Notes under the pieces: model-generated | What the model saw: only the letters and a program-made list of their open reading frames with translations | Databases searched by the model: none | What the model was told of the DNA's origin: nothing | Shown: in pieces, positions 63,598 through 64,000 of the stretch | How the letters are laid out: the number at the start of each line of letters is the position of its first letter | Position numbering within the stretch: the stretch's first letter is position 1 | Translations under genes and position numbers: made by a program | Assembly: GCF_032062105.1 (NCBI RefSeq) | Contig: NW_026918238.1 | Location: 62,001-126,000 of the forward strand | From: Saccostrea cucullata | Lineage: Eukaryota | DNA length: 64,000 bases | Direction: 5' to 3'

Positions 63598-64000
63598 CTG
63601 AAAGAATATTAATAAAAAATAATTAAATACAAAGTTATCATTGGTTCATTGTATATGTATCAAAATCAATTCACGATTGTCATCAGTTAAATTGAACTAA
63701 TGATTGTGGAAGATCTTCAGACTGAAAACTATGCAGCATTTAAAAGTGATAGGAAAAATTAGTTCTAATAAGTTGCACAGGTCATATACCAATCATACAT
63801 GAAAAACAAAGTATCATGCTCTAAATTAAATCATTAAAGATTGTAAGTGTAAGCTTTTAATATGTACTCATTGTCAGTCCACGCATAAACTGAAAGCTTT
63901 GCTACAATTATTAAGGTGACTAAAAATATTTATATATAAAAATGTGGACGGTTTATATACTTAGATGACATCAAATGTGTTACATTCTAAATTTTCAAGT

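Overview
AT-rich eukaryotic genomic DNA, most likely an oyster (Ostreidae), inferred from Helentron-type elements carrying ~167-bp Cg170-like satellite arrays and Nin/Deu-type SINEs. Genes: (1) a spliced four-EF-hand calmodulin-like gene on + (coding exons 17738-17876, 20980-21123, 21677-21961, 22524-22561, and a probable micro-exon at 6671-6682) with a basic N-terminal extension and a central linker 14 aa longer than calmodulin's; (2) two tandemly duplicated four-exon secreted perlucin-like C-type lectin genes (45631-47203 intact; 55144-58145 with a +1 frameshift in exon 4) inside a ~9-kb tandem duplication. The rest is transposon-rich: Helentrons, three SINEs that share a body but have two different heads, Kolobok-, Tc1/mariner- and IS3EU-like non-autonomous elements, a 716-bp near-perfect foldback element, and a decayed intron-containing THAP/ISL2EU-type transposon in a nested stack (27326-33539). 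The most striking signal is a large excess of the 8-mer TACATGTA (about 50 by eye, 2-3 expected). Filled/empty comparisons inside the window show it arises by insertion of CATGTA at TA, matching Tc1/mariner-type excision footprints. All calls were made by eye, without database searches.
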